Part shown: positions 62,771-64,000 of the stretch, in pieces | Position numbering within the stretch: the stretch's first letter is position 1 | Layout: the number at the start of each line of letters is the position of its first letter | Assembly (NCBI RefSeq): GCF_963921235.1 | Contig: NC_086097.1 | Span: forward strand, 57,042,001 to 57,106,000 | Reading direction: 5' to 3' | DNA from: Mobula hypostoma | Taxonomy: Eukaryota | Length of the DNA stretch: 64,000 nt | Position numbers and translations under genes: made by a program | The notes under the pieces: model-generated | Seen by the model: only the letters and a program-made list of their open reading frames with translations | Databases searched by the model: none | What the model was told of the DNA's origin: nothing

Positions 62771-64000
62771 CCCTAAAGGTTAACTTGCAGGTGGAGTTGG
62801 TGGTGAGGAAGGCAAATGCAATATTCACATTCATTTCAAGAGGTCTAGAATACAAGAGCAGGGATGTGATGCTGAGGCTCTATAAGGCACTTGTGAGGCC
62901 TTACCTTGAGTATTGTGAACAGTTTTGGGCCCCTCATCTTAGAAAAGATGTGCTGGTATTGGAGAAGGTTCAGAGGAAGTTCACAAGGATGATTCCAGGA
63001 ATGAAAGGGTTATCATAAGAGGAATGTTTGATGGCTCTGGGTCTGTACTTGCCGGAATTTAGATGAGTGGGGAATCTCATAGAACCTTTTGAATTTTGAA
63101 AGGTGTAGACAGAGTGGATGTGGAAAGGATGTTTCCCATGGTGGGGGAGTCTAGGACAAGAGGGCACAGCCTCAGGATAGAGGAGTATCCCTTTAAAGCA
63201 GAGATGCAGAGAGATTTCTTTTGCCAGAGGGTGGTGAATTTGTGTAATGTGTTACCACAGGCAGCTGTGGAGGCCAGGTCATTGGGTATATTTAAGGCAG
63301 AGCTTGATAGGTTTTTAAATTGGACATAGCATCAAAGATAATGGAGAGAAGGCCAGGATGTAGGGCTGAGGAGGGGAAAAAAGGATCAGCCATGATTGAA
63401 TGGTAGAGCAGACTGGATAGGCCAAGTGGACTAATTCTGCTCCTATGTCTTATGGGCTAAATGAACAGGTTTTTTTAATCCAGGATCTCTCAAAATTTTA
63501 GCAGCATTCATATTCTCATCAATTCTGACCATATTTTTACTCCCTTCTTGCTGAAAAACATCCCCATTGCATGATGCTACCTCTACTGTACTTTACACTA
63601 TTGATGGTGTTATCTGGCTGATGCCCAGTATTAGATTTAATGCTGAGGCCAAAAAGTTCCACTTTAGTCTCATCCAATCACAAAACCTTCCACATCTTTA
63701 CAGTATCTTGGTAATGCTTTGCAAAGTCTTTACAGGTAAGGATTCTTTTTGTGCAAGGTCTTAGTGATGGCAGAGCAATGAACTTCATCTCTAGTTGCAG
63801 CCACTGACTTCTGCAGGTCACATAGAGTGACTGTTGGCGTCACAGTAGCCTCTCTTACAAGTGCCATTCTTCTCCACTGACTAAGTTTAGAGAGGCGGCC
63901 TGACTGTGGTTTCATAGTTTTTCTATCTTTCACAATGGACTGCAGTGAGCTCCAAGGTATGTCCAGTACCTTTCAGATGGTCTTATTCACTTCCCCAGAT

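Larger units (their letters stand above)
58466..63455 (+). mobile_element. CR1 LINE (APE-RT), decayed, host to three nested inserts
   Basis: VAITEHG, GGVALLVK, MGDFN, QGSVLG, KFADD, LYKALVRPYLEYCEQFW; CR1 3' UTR ending cctatgtcttatg. Confidence 0.85.
57911..64000 (-). mobile_element. Tc1 transposon, split by a CR1 insertion and running past the window end
   Basis: TA plus cggttcctcataaatgtattcagccc terminus; minus-strand QDNDPKP, EWPRQSPDLNPI in 58150-58465; resumes near 63460 with PQSGRLSKLS...REATVTPTVTLCDLQKS. Confidence 0.8.

Noticed and set aside
48912..64000. Exon 2 and later exons of the TOMM20-like gene
   Set aside because: No convincing TOM20 peptide with splice sites found by eye. 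They are probably beyond the window, though a short exon could have been missed.
1..64000. Prokaryotic systems (CRISPR arrays, retrons, operons)
   Set aside because: The sequence is a spliced vertebrate locus; all RT, nuclease and repeat signals are explained by eukaryotic transposons.

Overview
Vertebrate genomic DNA. The repeat content (CR1, Rex1/Babar, Penelope, V-SINE) suggests a cartilaginous fish, probably a ray or shark; this is inferred. The + strand carries the last ten coding exons and 3' UTR of ARID4A (16561-38729; chromo-barrel domain, LxCxE motif, C-terminus ...AVECR). Exon 1 of a TOMM20/TOMM20L-like gene follows at about 48.7 kb, matching the mammalian ARID4A-TOMM20L order. The rest is mostly nested transposable elements. 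The standout observation is two independent insertions (4794-15174 on -, 49552-51982 on +) of one non-autonomous Gypsy-type LTR retrotransposon. Each has LTRs, PBS, PPT and its own 5-bp target duplication. In both, the RT/RNaseH/integrase core is replaced by a processed, intronless fragment of the host splicing-factor gene RBM25, implying a host-gene-carrying LTR family. Also present are a near-intact full-length L1 inserted in that RBM25 cargo, Penelope ends with minimal hammerhead ribozyme motifs, a MITE family with apparent 6-bp TSDs and a Tc1>CR1>(Tigger, hAT, Rex tail) nest. Family and gene assignments come from recalled motifs, not database searches. Boundaries of degenerate repeats are approximate.
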